A stretch of 31,526 nt of DNA from positions 1-31,526 of IMG/VR virus record IMGVR_UViG_3300005837_000063. One strand, 5' to 3'. Position numbers and translations under genes: made by a program. The DNA comes from a virus. Lineage: Duplodnaviria; Caudoviricetes. Positions 1 through 8,063 of the stretch are shown here, in pieces (position 1 is the first letter of the stretch; the number at the start of each line of letters is the position of its first letter). The notes below the pieces were generated by a model. That model was not told the origin of the DNA. It made no database searches and was given only the letters and a program-made list of their open reading frames with translations.

Positions 1-251
1 TAGCCAGCTTCCCATACAAGTTTTTTTGTATCGGCATCACTCAAATCATTACCGCCCCCTTTGAGAGCAGTTTGTAAAACCTGTATCATTTCTGCAAGCT
101 GTAAATCGCCTTCGGATATACTTTGCGTAACCTTTATCAAAGACCTGCCAAGGTTGCGCTCCAACACCATAATGGAGTTGAGATTAAGCTTTGTTTTGTA
201 AGTTGAGCCACCTAGCTCAATATTTAATTCACCACGAATTGCGTTTGCCAT
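1..251 (-). CDS. Tail assembly chaperone (GTA-gp10-like), 5' part; continues at 31526..31433
   Basis: Hand-translated: ATG at 251 with GGAG RBS, MANAIRGELNIELGGSTYKTKLNLNSIMVLE...LVWEAG. Lies between the tail tube and tape measure genes once circularised. Confidence 0.85.
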   Translation of the reverse strand, partial: MANAIRGELNIELGGSTYKTKLNLNSIMVLERNLGRSLIKVTQSISEGDLQLAEMIQVLQTALKGGGNDLSDADTKKLVWEAG

Positions 252-260
252 TTGGCACTC

Positions 261-482
261 CTATTTCTTACTTTTGGCTTCCTCTAATTTTACATCTGTT
301 GTTTCGCCACGCTCAGCAACATCAATTGTATAAAGGATGTTAAATTTGTCTTTGCCAATAACAACTGAGGTCACTGATGACAAATCAACTGCACCACTTA
401 TGTTGAGCATCATTTGTGATGCGTCAAACATCGCATTATGCTGATCGTCTTTAATATCAACAACTACATTTTCCCAAGCCAT
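261..482 (-). CDS. Hypothetical protein in tail operon (73 aa)
   Basis: Tightly packed between tail tube and chaperone genes on the operon strand. Confidence 0.7.
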   Translation of the reverse strand: MAWENVVVDIKDDQHNAMFDASQMMLNISGAVDLSSVTSVVIGKDKFNILYTIDVAERGETTDVKLEEAKSKK

Positions 483-484
483 GC

Positions 485-898
485 TTACACCGTTGCAAAT
501 GTAATTGTGCCAGAGCTTTCAAATGTGAAGCTATAAGTTACTTCTCCATTATATTCGCCAGCATATTCTAAAGACTGCAACATAAATGCGCCTGTAAATG
601 TTCCGAAATCTGGAACGAGGAATTGATAGTTGCTAAATGAGGATGAATCAAACTTACCACGCAATGTTGTTTCGGATGCGCTATCTGTAAACACACCTGA
701 ACCTGTAACAGTCATACTATTTACGCCGCCCTGTGCAAGCAATTCTCTCGCCCGTCCAGAGTCTTTGTTTGTTACATCAACCGCTTCGTCATTCATTGCC
801 AAAGCTGTGCTACGCATACCGCCAATGGTTGTAAAAACCTCTGGTGATGCGCCATCGCCGATTTTCATTAATAGGGCTGAACCTTTTTGTGCCGCCAT
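485..898 (-). CDS. Major tail tube protein, TP901-1/GTA g9 family
   Basis: MAAQKGSALLMKIGDG...FTTIGGMRS...VDVTNKDS...GVFTDSASE...VPDFGTFTGAF...LEYAGEYNGEVTYS motifs. Confidence 0.93.
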   Translation of the reverse strand: MAAQKGSALLMKIGDGASPEVFTTIGGMRSTALAMNDEAVDVTNKDSGRARELLAQGGVNSMTVTGSGVFTDSASETTLRGKFDSSSFSNYQFLVPDFGTFTGAFMLQSLEYAGEYNGEVTYSFTFESSGTITFATV

Positions 899-910
899 TT
901 TACTAGTCTC

Positions 911-1318
911 CTAATCAAATACTACGGCTCGAAATCGCATGACACCGTGCCGAGTGATGCCGTCATTTTCTAACAAGGTCGTTTCAAACTCATGTCTAAT
1001 ATTGACCAAATTAGCACCTGATACTGTTATAGCAGTATTATGTAACTGAGTATATATTTGTTGCATGATTTTTTTAATATCTTGAAGCCCACGATACTGC
1101 GACCATACATGGATTGTTAAAGTATGTTCGTGTGCGTCAACATCTTTTGTGCCATTTTCTGTTGCGGTTTCTTCACCGATCACCACATACGGATAAGTCG
1201 TTTGCTCTGGCACATCATCAAAAACACCAGTAATCGCCGCCCCGTCATAATCAACAAGGCTGGCTCCATTGAGCTTAGTAAATATAGCTTGCTGAAGTGG
1301 CCAACTGTGTAAACTCAT
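911..1318 (-). CDS. Tail completion/terminator protein (DUF3168, GTA g8-like)
   Basis: LQQAIF..L, VFDDVP....YPYVVIGE, HTLTIHVWS, TRHGVMRFRA; immediately upstream of the tube gene. Confidence 0.88.
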   Translation of the reverse strand: MSLHSWPLQQAIFTKLNGASLVDYDGAAITGVFDDVPEQTTYPYVVIGEETATENGTKDVDAHEHTLTIHVWSQYRGLQDIKKIMQQIYTQLHNTAITVSGANLVNIRHEFETTLLENDGITRHGVMRFRAVVFD

Positions 1319-1731
1319 CGTGCTTTCAATTCTCTAAATTTTTTACGAATAAATGGTCTTGCTCTTTCAGCAGACGGTAGCATGAATGGACGTGCCGCCA
1401 TTCTGCTTGTACCAAATTCTAGAAATGAAGAATACCCTGCCTTGCTTTCTACGATGCCAGCCAAGCCACCAAGTAAAATATTAACGTTGATATTACCAGC
1501 AAGATTTCCTGTGTCTGTAGCAGGATACTCTCCTGCGGCAGATGCTGTATGTGTTTTACCACCTCGTGGATATTTATTTCCTGTTTTCACTCCGTCTTTT
1601 ATACCAGTTACTGCTATTGTTCTTATTTCTTGACAACCTAAGAAAACAGCAGTCTTTGATTGGCTGATATATTGATCGGTAACATCTTTATATCTTGATT
1701 TACGTCTAAGTTTGACACTCACCCTGCTCAT
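1315..1731 (-). CDS. HK97 gp10-family neck/tail component
   Basis: ASAAGEYPATDTGNL, FLEFGTSRMAARPFMLP motifs. Start moved to ATG 1731 (ATGA overlap with the upstream stop). Confidence 0.88.
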   Translation of the reverse strand: MSRVSVKLRRKSRYKDVTDQYISQSKTAVFLGCQEIRTIAVTGIKDGVKTGNKYPRGGKTHTASAAGEYPATDTGNLAGNINVNILLGGLAGIVESKAGYSSFLEFGTSRMAARPFMLPSAERARPFIRKKFRELKAR

Positions 1732-2072
1732 GTTGCAACGCCTTCCTCGCAAAGAATGTCAAGAAATCTGTTGCGTGTGTCTCGGTTGATTACTCTTTTA
1801 ATATTAAATATACGGCTGTAATTTACACCGCCATCTGCAAAATCATATTTCAGGCGGTTTTTATAGCTGACATCACGCCTAAAACGAATTGTGATCATAT
1901 GTGTTATACGTTCCTCGATTTGATCACCAAATAGCCTATCTCCACCAGACAATGGCTTTATAGAAGCATTTACAGTTGCAACATCAGAATACGAGACTGC
2001 TGACGAACCACCGCCATCCGCAGAACGTGACTGCGACTGTATTTTAACTTGATGCCGCATTGCCCCGATCAT
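1728..2072 (-). CDS. Head-tail adaptor/head closure protein (SPP1 gp16-like)
   Basis: MIGAMRHQVKIQ...DGGG...THMITIRFRRDV...IFNIKRV...LDILCEE; typical position. Confidence 0.88.
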   Translation of the reverse strand: MIGAMRHQVKIQSQSRSADGGGSSAVSYSDVATVNASIKPLSGGDRLFGDQIEERITHMITIRFRRDVSYKNRLKYDFADGGVNYSRIFNIKRVINRDTRNRFLDILCEEGVAT

Positions 2073-2073
2073 A

Positions 2074-2742
2074 CTAATACCCTGAAACGCTGTCGTTAAA
2101 TGGATCTGTGCTAAAGTTTAAAACCTTATAGGGATCGAGTAGATATTTAATTGAATGAGGCAATGGATTTTGTGGCTTGCCATACGCATCGCCTCTATTT
2201 TCATACATAAAGGTAACATGGCTTAATAACCCCTGTATAATTGCCTCAGGAATATCTGAGCGTGATGTGCCATAACCTGATACATATGTAACTTCGATTG
2301 CATTAGCAACACGCAAGGCAGTAGGCCAAGTTTCACCGTTTCTTAAAACGATACGTGCTGGCTCTCGTTGATTGTCTAAATAGTATTTAGATGACGAAAG
2401 CGTTGTCTCTGTATCAGCATCATCAAATGTTTTGACATGGGTAACGCTTACAACAGGCGGTCTAGGGAGTTGTAAATATCGACGCCTGATTGTCATATCA
2501 GGACCAATACGTGTGCCTTCCCATAATGGCTGATCAACCTCGTCAATATAATCTATGCTATATTTAAATGTGCGATTTAAAAGACTGCGCCCAATATAGT
2601 TTTCTACAAACATACGAGACGATTTAATCATATTGGTAATGACTGTAGTCTCTACTCCATCGTCAATGTGTGCATACTCACGCACATTGTCTGCACTTAT
2701 CGGCTCGTCAGTAACATCTGTTACAATGGTAAGACCCGCCAT
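2074..2742 (-). CDS. Head-tail connector protein (gp6/phiE125 gp8-like)
   Basis: EPIS..VREYAHID, VENYIGRSL, LPRPPVVSV, YVSGYG...IPEAI, YENRG, LLDPYK. Confidence 0.88.
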   Translation of the reverse strand: MAGLTIVTDVTDEPISADNVREYAHIDDGVETTVITNMIKSSRMFVENYIGRSLLNRTFKYSIDYIDEVDQPLWEGTRIGPDMTIRRRYLQLPRPPVVSVTHVKTFDDADTETTLSSSKYYLDNQREPARIVLRNGETWPTALRVANAIEVTYVSGYGTSRSDIPEAIIQGLLSHVTFMYENRGDAYGKPQNPLPHSIKYLLDPYKVLNFSTDPFNDSVSGY

Positions 2743-2749
2743 AAATCAC

Positions 2750-2953
2750 CTATTTCTTTGCTTTTTTAGTTTTAGTTTCTTTAGGTGCTACAACTTTTGT
2801 TTCTGCCGCCAATCCAGCTTCAACAAGGGATTGTGCAATTTTAGCTTGCCAAGGTTGCCCAGTTTCAACAGTATCACCAACTTCGTAATATCTAGTAGAT
2901 GACCCATGCTCGTCTGCGGCGGCTTGGCATCTGTGTATAATTTTAATAGTCAT
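2750..2953 (-). CDS. Small Lys-rich hypothetical head-region protein
   Basis: AGGAG RBS; Y..GD...A..LV.AGLA..-basic tail pattern often seen between capsid and connector genes. Confidence 0.7.
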   Translation of the reverse strand: MTIKIIHRCQAAADEHGSSTRYYEVGDTVETGQPWQAKIAQSLVEAGLAAETKVVAPKETKTKKAKK

Positions 2954-2964
2954 ATAAAGCTCCT

Positions 2965-3001
2965 AAAAGGTGCGGGGTATAGAAGGGAGCACCCCGCACC
3001 T
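2965..3001 (-). terminator. Probable leaky rho-independent terminator after capsid/decoration genes
   Basis: 11-bp stem AGGTGCGGGGT/ACCCCGCACCT, 12-nt loop, short U run. Confidence 0.7.
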
Positions 3002-3014
3002 CCAGAGGGATTAC

Positions 3015-3479
3015 CTACGCATTATGTGGTGTAAATGCGTTGTCTCCAGTGTGTCGTGCATGCGCACGAACAACCATTGCGCCAATAGGCGTGCCTGTGC
3101 TGTGTGTGCCTGTTTTGGCAAGAACAACACGGACATATCTTTTTCCACCGACATAACCAACACGATAGATAAGACCCGCTGAATCAGGGTCTCCACCTGC
3201 TGTTCCGTCCAGTTTCAGGAAAATACCGCCAGATGCGATTGTGCCATCAATGATGTCTGCTTGGGCGCAATCTGTATAGGTTGAGTCATCATCGGAATGC
3301 TCCAATGAAACCTCGAAAAATACAGAGCCTGACAGAGTATCACCTTCTGCACCTACATCGACGAGAATGGTTGCGCTTTCAAAACCTTTAAGGTCAACAC
3401 CTGAACCATTTGCGGCGGCTGAACGAACTGCGGCGGCAAGTGAAATTGCAGGATTAATGGAATTTGATAAATCGTACAT
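3015..3479 (-). CDS. Putative capsid decoration/cement protein
   Basis: 154 aa, Gly/Ala-rich and beta-like (NGSGVDLKGFES, YVGGKRYVRV); directly after the capsid gene and before the terminator. Function inferred from position. Confidence 0.6.
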   Translation of the reverse strand: MYDLSNSINPAISLAAAVRSAAANGSGVDLKGFESATILVDVGAEGDTLSGSVFFEVSLEHSDDDSTYTDCAQADIIDGTIASGGIFLKLDGTAGGDPDSAGLIYRVGYVGGKRYVRVVLAKTGTHSTGTPIGAMVVRAHARHTGDNAFTPHNA

Positions 3480-3489
3480 ATCTTACTCC

Positions 3490-4707
3490 TTATGCGCTAA
3501 TAGTTTGTGTGCGGATTGCTTCAGCAAGCACAACCTGACCACCAACACGCTTACGTGCATAATAACGAACATTGCCGCTAGTTGCCTGTGTAAATGGATC
3601 ACGAAGTACTGCCAAGCCTACACGATCAACAATCATGTAACCACGGCTAAAGTCACCAAATGCAACTGGCTTTGCTGAAGCCGCAACATCTGGCATATCT
3701 GGCATTTCTACGTATGGATACCCAAGAATTGTATTGGGAACACCACCAGTAAGCAACATACCAGCTTGGAATACATACTGCCCAGCAGTGTCTTGTAATT
3801 TACGAATAGCGGCAAGTGTTGTGCGATTAAACACAAATGTTGCGTTATTCGTATAATCAGACTTGATTGCGTGAACAAGGTCAAGCAATCCGTTTGCTGT
3901 CAATGCAGTTCCGTTGCCAGAGTTTGTTGTGCCGACATCACCATTGATGGTGATACCTTCTGGTGCGCCAACGCCTGTGCCTGTGATAAACTTTGTGCCT
4001 TCAGCTTTTGCAAACTGTGTTGCAAATTCCTGTTGCATTTCTGCCTCTAGGTTGAAAACACTATCCTCAAGCAATTGCTCGGAAATATCAACTAGCGCAT
4101 ACATTTCGTGTGTAGGAATTTCTTCCTGCTGAGTTGTATAGCCAGTTGTTTCGGAGCGTGTGCCTTGCTCTGCTACAAATACAGCAGAGAAAGTGGCTGT
4201 GCGTGATGGCATCTGGACTGATTTCTGAGTTGTTGGGCGCACTCTTGCGATTGAACGAAGTGGTGAAACCTCAGTAACTGTTTTAATCAGTTCATTTACA
4301 TACTCTGGTGGAGCAAGAAATCCTGCGGCAGTATTATCGCCAACAGTAAGAGATTTCTTTTCCTCTGGTGAAAGCTCATTTTCGCCTTTACGCAGATATG
4401 AGTCAAATGCCTTAACTGCCAGATCGACTTGTGCTGTTTCAACAGCGGCATCTGGGCGCTTTAGCATTGTCTCAAAACGAGTTAGTTTTTCTTCCAGTTG
4501 CTTATACTCAGCCTCTTGCTTTGTTAGCTTCTGGTTAAAATCCTCGAGCTTATCAAGGTCGCCCTCGATGTTCTCAAGTTTTGTTTCGGTCAATGGATCA
4601 GCTTGTCCTTTTGACTCAATTTCGGTCATACGAGTTTCCATCGTTGACTTAAATTCCTCAAAAGTCCGACCCATCTCCTCAACATAGTTTTTGACTTCAT
4701 CTGTCAT
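3490..4707 (-). CDS. Major capsid protein, HK97 family, with N-terminal coiled-coil delta domain
   Basis: GFLAPPE, ISEQLLEDS.FNLE, FITGTG..PEGI, ILGYP, AFGDFSRGY.IVDR, RDPFT, RVGG. Confidence 0.97.
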   Translation of the reverse strand: MTDEVKNYVEEMGRTFEEFKSTMETRMTEIESKGQADPLTETKLENIEGDLDKLEDFNQKLTKQEAEYKQLEEKLTRFETMLKRPDAAVETAQVDLAVKAFDSYLRKGENELSPEEKKSLTVGDNTAAGFLAPPEYVNELIKTVTEVSPLRSIARVRPTTQKSVQMPSRTATFSAVFVAEQGTRSETTGYTTQQEEIPTHEMYALVDISEQLLEDSVFNLEAEMQQEFATQFAKAEGTKFITGTGVGAPEGITINGDVGTTNSGNGTALTANGLLDLVHAIKSDYTNNATFVFNRTTLAAIRKLQDTAGQYVFQAGMLLTGGVPNTILGYPYVEMPDMPDVAASAKPVAFGDFSRGYMIVDRVGLAVLRDPFTQATSGNVRYYARKRVGGQVVLAEAIRTQTISA

Positions 4708-4711
4708 TTTA

Positions 4712-5521
4712 CTATCCTTTCAGATTTGCGGTTACTTGCTTTATAGCTTCAATTAAGTCAGCTTGTGCCTCGTCATCCCGACAAGTCAAAGCGTCAGATA
4801 CCGCTTTTGCGGCTATCTTTGCATCGGAGCGGCTTAGGTCTCCTTCATCCCGAAGAAAACTTTCCCACTCCCTAACGGTGCGACCTTCCGCCTTTACAGC
4901 CTGTATTGTGGCTTGCGGGTTCATCGGAAAGGTAACAGCCGAAATTTCCATAAGGTCAACCTCTTTCAAGCGTCTACGCTTGCCGCCTTGGTCATATTCA
5001 TAACCCTTGCTATCAACCTTGTATCCAATAGACAGCCCGTCTATGGCTCCCATTTTCATAAGTTCAAAAACCTCACGACCTTTTTGTGTGCCAAGTGCCA
5101 GTCTGCCCTTAACATAAAGACCTTTGTTATCTTCGCTTATCTTATCAAAGACGCCAATAGGTTGCTTTGTGTCGTGTTGATATAAAAGTTTTACGCCTTT
5201 TGCACCACGGCGGCGCAATGATCTTTTAAATGCACCCATGTCGACAACATCGTTGCCAAGGTCTTTATTCCCAAATATTGAGGCATATCCCTCAAACTCG
5301 CCTTTATCCTCATCATCGTCATCGTGATAGGCTTTTATTTCAGCAATCGTGTCTAAGTAATTTGTTTCAAGTTCATCGGACATTTTAGATCCTAACTTCG
5401 TTTTACAAACTGCCGCCCTTTGACGAACATTCGGATATTCTGCACGCATCGTGGCAGTGCCCATGCACCGCTCCATAAAATTTTCTTCGCTCTCACCAGA
5501 TCTAGGTTTTGGTATTGGCAT
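4712..5521 (-). CDS. Prohead protease, HK97 family (S78), with N-terminal extension
   Basis: FEGYASIFG..D...DVV..GAF, LLYQHD, DGLSIGY, LMEISAVTFPMNP. Start chosen at MPIPKP; a second possible start is at 5383. Confidence 0.95.
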   Translation of the reverse strand: MPIPKPRSGESEENFMERCMGTATMRAEYPNVRQRAAVCKTKLGSKMSDELETNYLDTIAEIKAYHDDDDEDKGEFEGYASIFGNKDLGNDVVDMGAFKRSLRRRGAKGVKLLYQHDTKQPIGVFDKISEDNKGLYVKGRLALGTQKGREVFELMKMGAIDGLSIGYKVDSKGYEYDQGGKRRRLKEVDLMEISAVTFPMNPQATIQAVKAEGRTVREWESFLRDEGDLSRSDAKIAAKAVSDALTCRDDEAQADLIEAIKQVTANLKG

Positions 5522-5526
5522 AATAG

Positions 5527-5554
5527 AGCATACCATATCTTGATTTTCTTACAA
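5527..5554 (-). promoter_or_regulatory. Putative sigma70-type promoter for protease-capsid-tail operon
   Basis: TTGTAA-N16-TATGCT with TGG before the -10; ATG 5 nt downstream. Confidence 0.5.
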
Positions 5555-5574
5555 TAGTAAGTATTTTTTTTCTC

Positions 5575-5588
5575 GCTCTTATACGAAC
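5575..5588. promoter_or_regulatory. Operator-like palindrome (degenerate copy)
   Basis: GCTC-ttatac-GAAC, a one-mismatch match to GTTC-N6-GAAC, in a divergent intergenic region. Confidence 0.5.
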
Positions 5589-5607
5589 AATGCTGTATAA
5601 ATAATTT

Positions 5608-5838
5608 ATGGCAGAATATGTTTACGTTTTAATGCTTTTTTCTAAAATGACAATTAACTCTGGTCAGGACTTAAATCTTATAGAGGCAGAGCTTCGCCTT
5701 GATCCTGTAAGCTGTATGATGCAAGCACAGGTTATTAACTCTGGCGCAACAGAAGATCATTCTAGGATTGCGGCTTGTATGCCAGTGTTATGGTCCGACG
5801 ATGAAATTGATCCTAAAATAATAGAAAAAAGAAATTAA
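5608..5838 (+). CDS. Hypothetical protein (76 aa), hydrophobic N-terminus, two Cys
   Basis: Fills the gap in the plus-strand island; no SD, TATAAA 6 nt upstream of the ATG. Confidence 0.6.
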   Translation: MAEYVYVLMLFSKMTINSGQDLNLIEAELRLDPVSCMMQAQVINSGATEDHSRIAACMPVLWSDDEIDPKIIEKRN

Positions 5839-5847
5839 CAATATCGG

Positions 5848-5880
5848 TTGATCTTATAAGAATAATTTGGTATTAGTATT
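5848..5880 (+). promoter_or_regulatory. Early-type promoter, copy 1 of 33-bp repeat, containing operator
   Basis: TTGATC-N17-TATTAG; 30/33 identical to 6817..6849. Confidence 0.75.
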
Positions 5881-5913
5881 CCTTGTGATTAACATTTTAC
5901 AAGGAGTTACTCA

Positions 5914-6756
5914 ATGACTATTCAAGATCACAATTTTCCAGTAGAAATGCAAAGCATTAAAACTTGGACTAACATAGATATTCCAAAGCATCTAGGTCAT
6001 GCGGTTGTACGCACTGATACAAATGATGTTTTGGCAATTCATGGCAAAAGATATGAACTGATTTCACATGATGATGTTGTTACCTCTGTCATAGATGCTG
6101 TTGAAAAATCTAAAATTACATTTGGCGATTATGATTGTAATATTGATCTTTTTAATAATGGCGCAAGATTAAGAGGCGAAATTCTCTTTAATGATCTTGT
6201 TGCAGAACCAGTTGAAGATGACCATGTACAATTCCGTATCTGTTTTTATAATTCATACGATGGTGCATGGTCTGTTCAATTAAAAGCAGACGCACTTAGA
6301 TTATGGTGCCTGAACGGTTGTACAACCGCTGATCATGTAATGCACACTTATCAAAGACACACCGCACAACTTGATGTAGAGGGCTTTGTAGCACAGATCC
6401 AGAATGGTGTAGAAACCTTTTGGAATAATCAGCAAATGTGGCATGACTTTTCAAATACAAAGGTCACTGATCTGCAGGCACTTCAACTATTTGAAGGCAC
6501 ACTTTGCTATCAGAAATCTACACACACAGCCCTTGACAATGACACAGTTAATCAAAAGCAGAAAAACATTCTCTTTGGTCACTGGTTAGATTATCAAGAC
6601 AAACTTGGCTCTAATCTATGGGCTTTGTATAACGCCACCACGCATTGGTCTACACATACAAATGATTACGCAAACCCATCAAATAAACGCAGGGAGCGTG
6701 AGAATATGGTTGCCAAAATGCTTCAAAGCAAACAATGGGAATATCTGACCAGATAA
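5914..6756 (+). CDS. DUF932-family protein
   Basis: VVRTDT..VL.....Y, NSYDG, LRLWCLNG, RHT, LWALYNA.T.W.TH motifs; AAGGAG RBS. Confidence 0.85.
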   Translation: MTIQDHNFPVEMQSIKTWTNIDIPKHLGHAVVRTDTNDVLAIHGKRYELISHDDVVTSVIDAVEKSKITFGDYDCNIDLFNNGARLRGEILFNDLVAEPVEDDHVQFRICFYNSYDGAWSVQLKADALRLWCLNGCTTADHVMHTYQRHTAQLDVEGFVAQIQNGVETFWNNQQMWHDFSNTKVTDLQALQLFEGTLCYQKSTHTALDNDTVNQKQKNILFGHWLDYQDKLGSNLWALYNATTHWSTHTNDYANPSNKRRERENMVAKMLQSKQWEYLTR

Positions 6757-6778
6757 ACCCAAACAAATAAATCATAAA

Positions 6779-6814
6779 GCACCCTCAACTTTTTTAGGTT
6801 GGGGGTGTTTTTTT
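6779..6814 (+). terminator. Rho-independent terminator
   Basis: GCACCCTCAAC/GTTGGGGGTGT stem (with G-U pairs) followed by T7. Confidence 0.85.
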
Positions 6815-6816
6815 AT

Positions 6817-6849
6817 TTGATCTTATAGGAACAATATGGTATTAGTATT
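6817..6849 (+). promoter_or_regulatory. Early-type promoter, copy 2 of 33-bp repeat, containing operator
   Basis: TTGATC-N17-TATTAG directly after the terminator. Confidence 0.75.
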
Positions 6850-6879
6850 ATATTGATTATTTATTAAAGGAGAACTCAA

Positions 6880-7308
6880 ATGGGATACACAAACTACTGG
6901 ACACAATATCGGGATTTTACTGAAACCGAGTGGCTGATGATCAAAGACCAATACGACTATCTTCGTGACGTTGGCGAACATATTATTTTTGTCGACGAGT
7001 CGCACCATCATGGTGAAATAGCCTTTAATGGTATTAAAGGGCAAGAATGTGAGACGTTTATACTTGAAAAGGCACCATTCATTGATACTTATCAACGTGA
7101 GCTTGGCAATAAATTTAATTTCTGCAAAACACGCCAAAAGCCATATGACCTCGTAGTCTGGCAATTATTGACGTGGATTAATAATAAATTTGGTGACAGC
7201 GTTATGATCGTGTCTCGTGATCGTAATGACATGACCAAACTTGATGTGATTGATGATCCGATTGCACATATTTACGAATCAAGTATTTCGTCACCTTCCT
7301 CAAAATAA
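6880..7308 (+). CDS. Conserved-type phage hypothetical protein (MGYT.YW...FCKT..KPYD)
   Basis: Strong AAGGAG RBS; motif pattern recalled from phage proteins of unknown function. Confidence 0.75.
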   Translation: MGYTNYWTQYRDFTETEWLMIKDQYDYLRDVGEHIIFVDESHHHGEIAFNGIKGQECETFILEKAPFIDTYQRELGNKFNFCKTRQKPYDLVVWQLLTWINNKFGDSVMIVSRDRNDMTKLDVIDDPIAHIYESSISSPSSK

Positions 7309-8063
7309 ACCACCACACATCTACAATTAATCGTGTTCTGGGGACCTCCACGGGGGTCTCCAGCATACGCTAGTCGTCTATCTTCTACTGCCCCGCCCTT
7401 CACTGGTGTTGCAATAATAAAATCTTCGTCCATGCCAACTTCTTGCCCATTGACTGCCCTATGATGCTCTCTTGTTCTTTCATCATTTGTGCTTACCCAT
7501 CTTTTTTTAAGTTCAATGCCGATTTCTTGTGCTACTGCATGATTGGCATATGATGCCGCACTGTGCGTTTCTGTTCGGGCAATTGTGATTGATCTACGTC
7601 TGCCAATAGTTGATACCCTTTCTCGTATCAATCTAGCGATCTGTGCTGGCCCTAGATCTTCTCCTGTTCCATCTAAAATAGCTTTGCGAATAAGTGCCAA
7701 TGTCGTTGCATCTATCAGCTGGATACGACTACCCACTTGTGTGTTGATATATTCCTCAATGTATCTTTCGTATGGCGATTGCTTTAGGCTGATCAAGGTA
7801 AAGCGATCTATCATAGCGTTCATAATAGCACGCACACTTGGCAATATTACGTTTGTTAAGTCTTGCGTTATCTGATTGCGATTAATTGTGCGAAGTCCGC
7901 CATATTCGTATTGCTCTCCAGCCCTGCGCCCTATTCGATTAAATGTTGTAATAAGTTGCTGTGCAAGGTTGCGCTCGTATCCATTGCGGATGCGGTTCTG
8001 TTCTGCAACCTCTCTGCGGGCAGATATAAGGCGACCTCGCCTCTGTTTTCTAGCTGTTTTCAT
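7272..8063 (-). CDS. Minor head morphogenesis protein (Mu gpF/SPP1 gp7 family), no toxin extension
   Basis: IARTET, KRWVST.DERTREHH, GQEV, GDP.G....INCRC. Confidence 0.93.
   Translation of the reverse strand: MKTARKQRRGRLISARREVAEQNRIRNGYERNLAQQLITTFNRIGRRAGEQYEYGGLRTINRNQITQDLTNVILPSVRAIMNAMIDRFTLISLKQSPYERYIEEYINTQVGSRIQLIDATTLALIRKAILDGTGEDLGPAQIARLIRERVSTIGRRRSITIARTETHSAASYANHAVAQEIGIELKKRWVSTNDERTREHHRAVNGQEVGMDEDFIIATPVKGGAVEDRRLAYAGDPRGGPQNTINCRCVVVYFEEGDEILDS

Noticed and set aside
5596-5603. TATAAATA, the T4 late promoter consensus
   Set aside because: Single occurrence noted in AT-rich DNA, and no phage sigma factor is encoded
6823-7164. 113-aa minus-strand ORF
   Set aside because: Antisense to 6880..7308, which has its own promoter and strong RBS
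7272-8063. MuF polymorphic toxin
   Set aside because: Protein ends shortly after NCRC; no toxin domain or immunity gene
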